From Flavobacteriaceae bacterium (GTDB taxonomy: Bacteria; Bacteroidota; Bacteroidia; Flavobacteriales; Flavobacteriaceae), in NCBI GenBank assembly GCA_965178635.1, contig CBCXVT010000020.1:2991-66990 (forward strand): a DNA stretch of 64,000 bases, in the 5' to 3' direction. Below, piece by piece: positions 10,203 through 19,762 of this stretch. The notes under the pieces were generated by a model. It did not search any database and was not told the origin of the DNA. It worked only from the letters and a program-made list of their open reading frames with translations. The position numbers and the translations under genes are program-made. Positions within the stretch are counted from its first letter, which is position 1. Each line of letters starts with the position of its first letter.

Positions 10203-11112
10203 TGAGTAAGTATTATTTAAATTATTTAGATGAATTAGAAAGTGAAGCCATCTTTATTTTAAGAGAAGTATGGGCACAATTTCAAAACCCAGTCATACTT
10301 ATTTTCTGGAGGGAAAGATTCTATTTTAGTCACGCACTTAGCTAAAAAAGCATTTTACCCAAGTAAAATACCATTCTCATTAATGCATGTAGATACAGGG
10401 CATAATTTTCCTGAAACGATTCAGTTTAGAGATGATTTGATAAAAGAGTTTGGAGTAAACTTAATTGTAGGCTCTGTGCAGGAGTCAATTGATGAAGGCA
10501 AAGTAGCCGAAGAGAAAGGTAAAAACGCCACAAGAAATGCCTTGCAAATAACAACGCTTGCTTAGATGCTATTGAGTTGCATAAGGTAGATTGCGCTATT
10601 GGTGGCGGACGTCGTGATGAAGAGAAAGCTACGAGCAAAAGAACGTTTCTTTTCACATAGAGATGATTTCGGGCAATGGGATCCTAAAAATCAAAGACCA
10701 GAATTATGGAACTTGTTAAATGGTAAACACTTTGAAGGCGAGCATTTTAGAGCTTTTCCAATAAGTAATTGGACTGAAATGGATGTTTGGAATTATATAA
10801 AACGCGAAAATATTGCCATTCCTTCCTTATACTATGCACACGAACGTGAAGTGGTATGGAGAAGTAATTCATGGATTCCAAACTCTGAATTTTTACTATT
10901 AGAACCGCATGAGGAAGTAGTGACTAAAAAAATACGATTCAGAACTTTAGGAGACATTACCATTACTGGAGGGATGGAATCTGAAGCGGATACACTTAGA
11001 AAAAATTGCCATTGAAGTTGCAGCCATGCGCCAAACGGAACGTGGAAATAGAACTGACGATAAGCGTTCTGAATCTGCAATGGAAGATAGAAAGCGCCAA
11101 GGGTATTTTTAA
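10202..11112 (+). pseudogene. cysD: Sulfate adenylyltransferase subunit 2 CysD, at least 4 frameshifts
   Basis: The PP-loop FSGGKDS is readable only after skipping an extra a at 10301. HVDTGHNFPE, GGGRRDEEKARAKERFFSHRD and WDPKNQRPELW are split over several ORFs. Confidence 0.8.
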
Positions 11113-11172
11113 AATGAATTATAAAGAAATCTGTTTTTTAAAAACAGATTCAGAGGATATAAAACAGCAGAC

Positions 11173-12445
11173 ATGTTAGATAATAATCAATTATTGCGTT
11201 TTACAACAGCAGGGAGTGTAGATGATGGGAAGAGTACCTTGATTGGACGCTTATTATACGATTCAAAATCAATTTTTGAAGACCAGTTAGAGGCTATAGA
11301 AATCTACAAGTAAAAAGAAAGGCCACAAAGGCGTTGATTTAGCCTTGTTTACAGATGGCTTGCGTGATGAAAGAGAACAAGGAATTACTATTGACGTGGC
11401 TTACCGTTATTTTACTACGCCTAAACGTAAGTTTATAATAGCAGACACACCTGGGCATATTCAATACACCACGAAATATGATTACCGGAGCATCTACAGC
11501 TAATGTGGCTACCATATTAATTGATGCACGACATGGTGTAGTAGAGCAAACCAAACGCCATACATTCATTGCGTCATTATTACAAATACCGCATATCATT
11601 GTCTGTATCAATAAAATGGATTTAGTAGATTTTTCAGAAGAGGTGTTTACTAAAATTGTAGCTGATTTTGAAGAAGTAGCCTCTAAAATGATGGTTAAAG
11701 ATGTACGATTCATTCCAATGAGTGCCTTATTAGGCGATAATGTTGTGACACCGCTCTGAGAATATGAACTGGTACCAAGGGGCACCCATGTTACATACTT
11801 TAGAAACCATGCACATTAGTAGTGATGTTAATAAAGTAGATGCGCGTTTTCCGGTACAAACGGTATTACGTCCACAAAATGACACACATAGAGACTATAG
11901 AGGCTATGCTGGACGATTAGCTAGCGGAACATTACGTGTGGCAGATGAAGTAACTGTATTGCCGTCAGGGTTTACATCAAAAATAAAAACGATAGATACC
12001 TTTGATGAATCACTAAAAGAAGCATTCGCACCTATGTCTGTTTCTGTAACTTTAGAGGATGATGTAGATGTGGGTAGAGGGGATATGATAGTGCGTTCAA
12101 ACAATATACCAGACTGCAGTCACAAGATATTGAGGTGATGTTATGTTGGTTGACATAATGCAGCCATCAAAACCAAGGACTAAATATACCAGTCAAGCAT
12201 ACCTCTAATGATCAAAAAGCAATGATTAAAGAGCTAGTGTTATACGTAATAGATATCAATACATCTCAGTAGACGTGTACTGCTAGGTGATGCTACTTTA
12301 GAAATGAATGACTATTGCTAAAGTAAAAATTAGAACAACTAAACCACTGCTGGTAGATTCTTACAGAGAGAATAGAGCTACAGGTAGTATTATTTTAGTT
12401 GATGACGCTACTAATGAAACAGTGGCAGCTGGAATGATTGTGTAA
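11173..12445 (+). pseudogene. cysN: Sulfate adenylyltransferase subunit 1 (GTPase) CysN, at least 5 frameshifts
   Basis: The G1 motif [15 protein letters not shown] is intact. DTPGH and NKMD motifs and the C-terminal ATGSIILVDDATNETVAAGMI are recoverable only by changing frame. Confidence 0.8.
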
Positions 12446-12461
12446 AATGATGCCTCCTATC

Positions 12462-13310
12462 GTCATATCGACGTCAGGAGATATCTTATCGAGTTGATTT
12501 AAACAGGATTCTGGTGATTTCGACTTTAGGAGAAATCACATCTGAGTAAGTGTATTTGAGTGGTTTCTTGTGATATTCATTATGTGATTTCTCACTCCAC
12601 TTTGTTTCGTTTCGAAATGACACCGTGTATTATTTTGTGTATAACCATTTACGAATTTGTCAATTCGACGATAGGAGAAATCTCATCCAGTTCGATAAAG
12701 AGGTTCCTTGTCATTTCGACGTTAGGAGAAATCTCACAAGATGCTAAAGTTGCTATAACTATACAAAAGGATTAACTATTAACTATGTCAAACAGGTATT
12801 TTACTTATATCGTTACAAATAAATCCCGAACTACACTTTATATTGGAGTAACTAATAATATTCAAAGACGATTATCAGAGCATTATCCTGATAGTCAAAA
12901 CGCTAAAAGTTCTTTTGTAAGTAAATACAATTGTTATGACTTCCCGTATTACGAGACATTTGAATGTGTTAATACAGCCATTCTTAGAGAAAAAACACTT
13001 AAATACTGGAGCCGAGAAAAGAAAAATCAGCTAATTAGATTGTTCAATCCTAGCTGGGAGAGTTTGAATAACCAAATATTCTAACAGATATATTACTCAA
13101 CGTCATGTCGACGTCAGGAGAAACTTCATTCTTGTTGCTTTGTCCATTCGTCTTGTCATTTCGACTTTAGGAGAAATCTCATATTCTTGTTTTCATACAA
13201 CCTTGTCAGTTCGACTTCAGGAGAAATCTCATTCACTTTGTAACATTGTCATTGGTTCCATTGTCATTGGTTCCATTGTCATGTCGACGGTATGAGACAG
13301 CTCATTCACA
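12462..13310. repeat. Cluster of 9 copies of a ~30-nt hairpin-type element (consensus about GTCATTTCGACnTnAGGAGAAATCTCA)
   Basis: Copies start near 12462, 12514, 12584 (inverted, longer variant), 12658, 12708, 13101, 13153, 13203 and 13276. The arms are ATTTC and GAAAT. Confidence 0.8.
12785..13084 (+). CDS. GIY-YIG nuclease-family protein
   Basis: YFTYIVTN...LYIGVTNNIQRRLSEH matches the GIY-YIG N-terminal signature. 99 aa. Confidence 0.8.
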   Translation: MSNRYFTYIVTNKSRTTLYIGVTNNIQRRLSEHYPDSQNAKSSFVSKYNCYDFPYYETFECVNTAILREKTLKYWSREKKNQLIRLFNPSWESLNNQIF

Positions 13311-13825
13311 TGTTTATAGGGGGGGCTTGCCCCGTAAATGTTAATAGAAGTCCGCATCCATAAGCTTAACGTAATTTCGGTTATCATTCCAACAGTGGTA
13401 GTGTTTAGCGTATAGTCAGCCAATAGTACCGTACTCAAAGGGGCATTTGTATTGAAATCAAAGCCTTTTAATAGTGCTTTTCCTTCCAATGTTGCTAGTC
13501 CTATACTTACATTTCGTTGTCCCCTAACTGAGGTTTCATCGGTATTTTTAACCTTGCTTAATGTTTGCATTATTCTAGAGGACGTTCTGCCGTCTTTTGC
13601 GTCTGTAAGTAATGTCAACATCGCCTTTCGGAGCACTTTTCCCATTTTGGCACAATGCCCGAACTCTGCGCCATTCTCTCGAGTACGTGCATAGGCCGGA
13701 TCTGTTGCCATACGTTGTTTACTAACGCCGCCCTTAGTACGCACCAAGTAACCATCTTTTGTTTTATAGAAGGTCAACCCGTCTAAGGTACCTTCTAACT
13801 TAATTAGGCTTCTTAATTTTGCCAT
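13229..13825 (-). pseudogene. Uncharacterised MAK..GT.DG..FYK family protein, copy A, 3' part replaced by repeat sequence
   Basis: The first ~150 aa align with copies B and C. The remaining C-terminal third is a translation of the hairpin element and a 15-nt tandem repeat (MTMEP x2.6). Confidence 0.6.
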
Positions 13826-14085
13826 AATTTTTATGTGTTTTAATTAATATTGATGTGTTGTGTAGTTTTAAAAACACAATTAGAACTTCTGTATAGGCCT
13901 CTACAGAGCGTCTGATTTCAAATGTTTTTGCTGTCCTACAAGATAAAGCTAAGCACTTATAAGTTAGTGTGTTGTCAAAAGTGACCATCCTTGCCGATTT
14001 TGCCGAAAAGGGGAGTTTTTTCCGAATATGCCGTTTTTGTATATTGAAGAATCATGTAATTTACCTATTACAGAAGAGGATATCC

Positions 14086-14118
14086 CGTAGATGCGTCGTA
14101 GATACCCCGTAGTTAAAG
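14086..14118 (+). promoter_or_regulatory. Three tandem 11-bp direct repeats (iteron/operator-like), module A
   Basis: CGTAGATGCGT / CGTAGATACCC / CGTAGTTAAAG at 14086, 14097 and 14108. Confidence 0.6.
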
Positions 14119-14363
14119 TGTAAACACCATTCTAAATAATACAAACTGCGCACTAGTGAAATCAATAAATACGAATTCAAATACATGGTAATCAGTTAGT
14201 TAGTCTTGTTTTTTTAAATATTTTGATAAATGAGTGTTGAAAACTGCTGTTTGAAAACGTTACGTTTACCATTCTAAAAGTGTAATTTGTAATAGCTTGT
14301 AAGCATAAGATTTGAAATCTAAGGGCTATACTTTACAAGCAGATTGTCAATAGTAAACACACA

Positions 14364-14561
14364 ATGCATAGAATTTGTATACATACAAAAGAAGTACAAA
14401 TCATTACGGGTAAAAGTGAGCGAACAGCAAGGACTGTTATAAATGATATTAAAATTACTTATAACAAACAAAAGCATCAAGAAATCACTATTCGTGAGTT
14501 TTGTGACTATATGGATTTTCCATATGAAGAGGTGTATCAAATGATTAACCCTAAAAAATAA
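14364..14561 (+). CDS. Small (65 aa) HTH-like DNA-binding protein, module A
   Basis: Paralog of 24398-24604 and 49278-49485. Shared pattern: CI..K(D/E)(V/I)...TG(K/R).ER..R....IK....K..HQ...I.EF..Y. Confidence 0.55.
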   Translation: MHRICIHTKEVQIITGKSERTARTVINDIKITYNKQKHQEITIREFCDYMDFPYEEVYQMINPKK

Positions 14562-14754
14562 TAATAAACTCCTAAAACAAATGAACCAAATAGTTAAACA
14601 CTCTTTGAACGTCTCTAAAGCCTAGGGCAACGACATAAAATGCCGATGAAACGTATAAGTGTTTTTAGCAGTGATATTGTTAAGGGAATGCACTTAAAAA
14701 TAGCCCTTGGTTTACTATATTAGCCACTCAATTTTATAAAGCATTCCAATAGTA

Positions 14755-15687
14755 ATGACGCCATTAGTGTCCATAATCATACCAACGTACAATCGTGCGC
14801 ACCTAATATGTGAAACGCTAGATTCTATAATAGCACAAACCTATACCAATTGGGGGTGTATTGTGGTGGATGATGGCAGTATAGATGAGACTGCTATTGT
14901 AATGAATGCTTATATAAATAAGGACAGTAGGTTTCAACTTCATAAACGACCTACTCATAAACCAAAAGGAGCTAATGCGTGTAGAAATATAGGTTTAGAG
15001 TATGCTACAGGTGATTATGTTGTTTTCTTTGATAGTGATGATTTAATGTCTCCAAACCATTTAGAGGTTAAGGTGAGTGCTATGCAAATTCATAATTGTG
15101 ATTATGTGATTACAAAAACGAAGTTTATTGATGATGTGAAAAAGGTAGCGGGTAATAACTATAGGTTTAATACTTATCCTTTAACTGCATTTAATTATGT
15201 CTCACAAGCTTTAAACTGGCTTACTTACGATGTTTGTATAAAAGCGAAGTTAGCAAAATCTATTCAGTTTAACGAGTTGTTACAATCAGGGCAGGAGTAT
15301 AATTATTTTTCTAAATTAGTACATGTGTCGATAAACGCTCAATTTATTGATGAAATTGTTACATTAAGGCGGTATCATGAAACTTCAATACGAAGTAAAC
15401 TAGATACATCATATAAAAAACAAGAAAGTGCTTTTAGAGCCAAATGGTATACGTACTGTGACTTAATAACTATTGCAGATATAGAAACTAAGCGAAATCT
15501 ACTAGCAAAGTGTGTGACTATAGTTTATGATAGTAAACAAATATTAACACCTGATAAAATAAGGTTTTTAAAAGCAATATTTAAGGAATACAAATGGAAA
15601 GGAAGTTATTTTTTGTTAATGTTGTTAAACAGAAAACTGTTTAATAGAGGGTATATTTTTTTTAAAAAATTAACAGTACAAAATTAA
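14755..15687 (+). CDS. Family 2 glycosyltransferase
   Basis: VSIIIPTYNRAHLI...VVDDGSIDET and FDSDD (DxD) motifs. Confidence 0.8.
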   Translation: MTPLVSIIIPTYNRAHLICETLDSIIAQTYTNWGCIVVDDGSIDETAIVMNAYINKDSRFQLHKRPTHKPKGANACRNIGLEYATGDYVVFFDSDDLMSPNHLEVKVSAMQIHNCDYVITKTKFIDDVKKVAGNNYRFNTYPLTAFNYVSQALNWLTYDVCIKAKLAKSIQFNELLQSGQEYNYFSKLVHVSINAQFIDEIVTLRRYHETSIRSKLDTSYKKQESAFRAKWYTYCDLITIADIETKRNLLAKCVTIVYDSKQILTPDKIRFLKAIFKEYKWKGSYFLLMLLNRKLFNRGYIFFKKLTVQN

Positions 15688-15742
15688 TATGTTTAAAATA
15701 ACACATGCTTTTTAACGTTGAAAGGGATATGAGTTTTAATAA

Positions 15743-16063
15743 TTTAAAAAATATAAAGCTATAAATCAGCCTTATAATGAAAAACAATTTGTTGAGTTAG
15801 AGGAGATCGTTTTTTATTTAAAAGAGAATAATATTAAACCTATTTATGTATTTGCTCCAATTATGAAAAAGGATTATAAATCATTTAGAAGAATAAACGA
15901 ATTTAAAAAACGTATGTTGAAACTTGGTATTTATTATGATTGTAATGAATTATTAAATTTAAATGACACCTTACATTTTTTTGATTCACATCATTTAAAT
16001 CAAGATGGAGTAGAAATATTTAATACAGAATTAATTAAAGTGTTAGATTCAATTAATTATTAG
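15743..16063 (+). pseudogene. C-terminal remnant of an SGNH/DltD-like (DxxH) protein
   Basis: The frame is open from 15743 with no upstream start. Ends in ..FFDSHHLNQDGVEIF.., which resembles an SGNH-type catalytic DxxH block. The N-terminal part is absent. Confidence 0.35.
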
Positions 16064-16073
16064 TTTTAATGAA

Positions 16074-17015
16074 ATGTCAGACAAGCCACTTATCTCTATA
16101 ATCATCCCAACATATAACCGCGCGCATCTTATTGGTGAAACGTTGGATTCAGTTTTAGCACAAACTTATAGTAATTGGGAGTGTATTGTAGTTGATGATG
16201 GGAGTACTGATGATACTGCTGTAGTTGTTAATAGATATAAGGTTAATGATACCCGTTTTAAGTTTTATAACCGGCCTGATAACCGCCCCTCAGGTGGTAA
16301 TGCAGCACGAAATTTTGGCTTTGAAAAAGCCAAAGGTATTTATGTACAGTGGTTTGATAGTGATGATATTATGTGTCCAGATTATTTAAGTGCTCGATTA
16401 ACTGTATTTCAAGAACATCCAAAAAGCGATGTTGTATTTTGTGCGTTTACTTATTTTGATGATAGGGGTATGCAAAATAGAGTAACAAATGGCAATTTTA
16501 GTGGTGCTATTTTAGATGATTTAATTGAGAAAAAAATCTCATTTAGTCCACTGTCTTATTTATTAAGAAAAGATATATTATTAAGCCTAAATTTTGATGA
16601 ACACTTAAAGCGGGCACAAGATTTAGATTTCTTTTTTAAAGTTTTTACAAGTTCTAATTCTATAACGATTAAGCATGTGAAAAAAACGTTATTTAAAGTT
16701 AGAAAGCATAATAACGCTATAAGTTCTAAACCCGAAAAATCAGGGGCTAAATTAAATTCTAGATTTATAGTAAATACACGTATATTAAGTTATTTTTATA
16801 GCACCAAGAATACCAGAGCTATTACTTTGTGTAAGCAACAATGCTTACTTGATTTAAAACGTTTGCTAAACAACCATAATTTTAGCTTAGTTGTACATAA
16901 TATTATAACATTTAAATATTTTACTGTAAAACAAAAGTTATATTTATTGTTTTGTGGGGGTAGTCAATTTATTTTTAAACGTGGTGCTCACCAATTTTCT
17001 AAACTAAAAGTTTAA
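16074..17015 (+). CDS. Family 2 glycosyltransferase (paralog of 14755-15687)
   Basis: ISIIIPTYNRAHLIGETLDSVLAQTYSNWECIVVDDGSTDDT is nearly identical in pattern to the N-terminus of 14755. Confidence 0.8.
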   Translation: MSDKPLISIIIPTYNRAHLIGETLDSVLAQTYSNWECIVVDDGSTDDTAVVVNRYKVNDTRFKFYNRPDNRPSGGNAARNFGFEKAKGIYVQWFDSDDIMCPDYLSARLTVFQEHPKSDVVFCAFTYFDDRGMQNRVTNGNFSGAILDDLIEKKISFSPLSYLLRKDILLSLNFDEHLKRAQDLDFFFKVFTSSNSITIKHVKKTLFKVRKHNNAISSKPEKSGAKLNSRFIVNTRILSYFYSTKNTRAITLCKQQCLLDLKRLLNNHNFSLVVHNIITFKYFTVKQKLYLLFCGGSQFIFKRGAHQFSKLKV

Positions 17016-17016
17016 T

Positions 17017-17364
17017 ATGAAAACAGCATTTTCTGCATTTGTTTTTGGTGACTATGAGAAGTTTATTCCTTTCTATGTTTATTCTATTCATAAAAATTAC
17101 CCGGATAGTGATATAATTATTTTTTATCATTCAAATTTATCTTCACATTTAAAAGAGAGTTTGAAGGGTTATAACCAGTTAACTATTTATGAAAATTTTT
17201 ATCAAGAATATAAATCGTTCAAAAACCTAAAATTAAGTTTTAAAGAGAAATTTTATTATGGATTGTTAATTTTATTAAGTGTTTATTATAAAAATAATAA
17301 GGGGTATTATACTTTGAGAAAACCAATTTCTAATTATTTTCAAAACTTATTACAATCTAAATAA
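17017..17364 (+). CDS. Hypothetical 115-aa protein (possibly a truncated transferase)
   Basis: ORF only. It is tightly packed between GT genes. Confidence 0.25.
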   Translation: MKTAFSAFVFGDYEKFIPFYVYSIHKNYPDSDIIIFYHSNLSSHLKESLKGYNQLTIYENFYQEYKSFKNLKLSFKEKFYYGLLILLSVYYKNNKGYYTLRKPISNYFQNLLQSK

Positions 17365-17368
17365 ATTT

Positions 17369-18487
17369 ATGAGCTTAAGTAATACAATTAGAGTAGTACA
17401 GTTATTTGAAAGCTATCCGCTTTTTTACCAACCTTATATTCCGCCAGTTATAGCGGCCTTAGGTCAAGAACAAAGTCTAGAGCTTCGCATTAATGCTTTT
17501 AAAGGGACAGCAGATAATGGTGTTGAAATTTTACCGTCGTATTATAAACGAAAACTAAAAGAGAAGTTTTATGCGTTGAGGCATAACACTAAACTCAATT
17601 ACGCCGAAATACAATATATAAAACAAGGAGTCGATGTTGTGCATTTGCAACACTCATTTTTGTTTTCAAAAGTGAAAGGCTTATTGGCATTGCCAAATAA
17701 TGAACGACCAAAAATAATAATAACCCTTCGAGGTGGCGATACCTATGTTAAGCCTTGGTTATCTGAAAAATGGCAGGATTTTTATGCCAATTATGGCAAT
17801 CTGGTTGATGGATTCATCACCATGAGCCAACATCAAAAACAATACCTGAATGAAAAATGGGGGATAAACCCCAATAAAATTCATGTCATTCCAATTTCAT
17901 GTGTCAACCCTCCTGAAATACAAGCTAAATACCCAAATTCCAATACAATTAAAATAGTATCAGCGTTTAGAATGTGTTGGGAAAAAAACATAAATGGAAA
18001 TCTAAAAGTAATCAAGTATCTAAAGGATAAAGGGATAAATGTACAGTACCATATCTATGGTAGTGGTCCCGATGCTGGGCAACTAATGTTTTTAATTGAT
18101 AAGTACAAGCTCCAAAATAACGTCACCTACCACGGTAAAGTTGAAAATACAAGATTAAAAAGTAAATTGCATAATTCTGACATCTATTTGCAATTAAGCC
18201 ATTCGGAGTCTTTAGGGATGAGCGTTATTGAAGCTCAAGCTTGTGGACTGCCAGCAATTGTATCAAATAGCGGAGGATTGCCTGAAGTGATTATAGATAA
18301 AGAAAGCGGCTATTGTGTAGGGACTCATGAAACAGAACGAGCTGCAGAATACATATATGAACTTTGGAAAAATAAAGAAACGTACAAAGTTTTTTCTGCT
18401 AAAGCCATTGAAAATAGCCAAGGCTTTTCTGTTGATGTTGAGGTAGATAAATTAACGGCACTTTATAAGAAAATCACACAATTGTAA
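17369..18487 (+). CDS. Family 4 glycosyltransferase
   Basis: SESLGMSVIEAQACGLPAIVSNSGGLPEVI signature. Confidence 0.8.
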   Translation: MSLSNTIRVVQLFESYPLFYQPYIPPVIAALGQEQSLELRINAFKGTADNGVEILPSYYKRKLKEKFYALRHNTKLNYAEIQYIKQGVDVVHLQHSFLFSKVKGLLALPNNERPKIIITLRGGDTYVKPWLSEKWQDFYANYGNLVDGFITMSQHQKQYLNEKWGINPNKIHVIPISCVNPPEIQAKYPNSNTIKIVSAFRMCWEKNINGNLKVIKYLKDKGINVQYHIYGSGPDAGQLMFLIDKYKLQNNVTYHGKVENTRLKSKLHNSDIYLQLSHSESLGMSVIEAQACGLPAIVSNSGGLPEVIIDKESGYCVGTHETERAAEYIYELWKNKETYKVFSAKAIENSQGFSVDVEVDKLTALYKKITQL

Positions 18488-19677
18488 TGATGCCAAAATC
18501 GTTAAAAATCATTATCTTCGACGGTAGTTTTAAAACCACACCGTTTATAAACCGCTTACTAGAGGGGCTAGTACATAACCAGCACAAAGTATATGTCTTA
18601 GGGTTTAATGAAGCGTTAACTACAAAAATTGCCCAAGTGAACTACGTGCCACTTGGGAGCAATCAAAACAAATGGCGTTTAATAGTAACAACGCTTAAAT
18701 TATATTGGACTAATAAAAATAAAGCCAGTGTATGTCAAGCATTAGGTAACCTAATAAAAGGAAAACGAACTGACATACAGAAACAAAATGTGCAGTTTGC
18801 TATAAATAAAATTAAACCAGATGTTATACACGCGCAATGGACATCTGTATTACCTTGGCTTGAAGAAATTTTAGAAGCTCAAAAGATACCGGTAATCTTA
18901 AGTCAAAGAGGCTACCATTCCAATATACGGCCATTTGTAAATCAAGATAATTTCAATTATTTAAAACATTGGTACCCCAAAATAGCAGGATTTCATTCAG
19001 TGTCCAAAGCCATATCAAAAAAAGGAGATGATATTTATAAGGCTACAGATAAAAAAAATCATGTGGTTTATACCGGAATTGATTTTGAGAAGTTACCTTT
19101 TAATAAGTCATTACCAACCACCAAAACATTAGAGGTCATTTCTGTAGGTCGCGCCCATTGGATTAAAGGCTATGATAATGCCTTACAATCTTGTCAACTA
19201 TTAAAAGAGCAGGACATAGACTTTAAGTACACCATTATTGGTGCAGCTGGAGATGAAGAGTTACAGTTTTTACGTCATGATTTGGGTTTAGAAAATCACG
19301 TGAATCTTATTGGGCGTTTACCTCAAGAAGATGTGTTTAAGCGCATGCAAAACGCCAATGTACTAGTAGTATCTAGTATAGCTGAAGGCGTACCTAATGT
19401 GGTAGTGGAAGCTATGGCCTTGGGTGTGCCGGTAATCAGCACGGCGTGTGGAGGTGTGGAAGAACTGATTGAAAATAATACCAACGGCTGGTTAGTACCA
19501 ACCAGAAACCCAAAAGCACTTGCTGAGGCACTTATAAAATTCAATCAATTACCAAAGTCTACTATAGAAAATATTAGAATTTCAGCACACAAAAAAGTAG
19601 AAGCACAACATTCAGAAACAAAAATGATAGCAGATATGGAAGCTCTATACAAAACTGTTATAAAAGCCAAAAGTTAG
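18487..19677 (+). CDS. Family 4 glycosyltransferase
   Basis: EGVPNVVVEAMALGVPVISTACGGVEELI signature. Confidence 0.8.
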   Translation: MMPKSLKIIIFDGSFKTTPFINRLLEGLVHNQHKVYVLGFNEALTTKIAQVNYVPLGSNQNKWRLIVTTLKLYWTNKNKASVCQALGNLIKGKRTDIQKQNVQFAINKIKPDVIHAQWTSVLPWLEEILEAQKIPVILSQRGYHSNIRPFVNQDNFNYLKHWYPKIAGFHSVSKAISKKGDDIYKATDKKNHVVYTGIDFEKLPFNKSLPTTKTLEVISVGRAHWIKGYDNALQSCQLLKEQDIDFKYTIIGAAGDEELQFLRHDLGLENHVNLIGRLPQEDVFKRMQNANVLVVSSIAEGVPNVVVEAMALGVPVISTACGGVEELIENNTNGWLVPTRNPKALAEALIKFNQLPKSTIENIRISAHKKVEAQHSETKMIADMEALYKTVIKAKS

Positions 19678-19762
19678 TTTATACCATCATTGCGAGTGTA
19701 GTGTAACGAAACGTTGCAATCTCTTTTTAATTATCAACACCTCTGGAACAACAATAACAACT

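Noticed and set aside
12560-12775. 71-aa ORF upstream of the GIY-YIG gene
   Set aside because: Its sequence (..NSTIGEISSS..ISTLGEISQD..) is simply a translation of consecutive hairpin-element copies.
12462-13310. Possible CRISPR array (about 30-nt repeats at ~50-bp spacing)
   Set aside because: The repeats are degenerate, with several mismatches between copies. One copy is inverted. Spacers would be only ~20 nt. A protein-coding GIY-YIG gene sits in the middle, and no cas genes are nearby. This is better explained as a dispersed hairpin element family.
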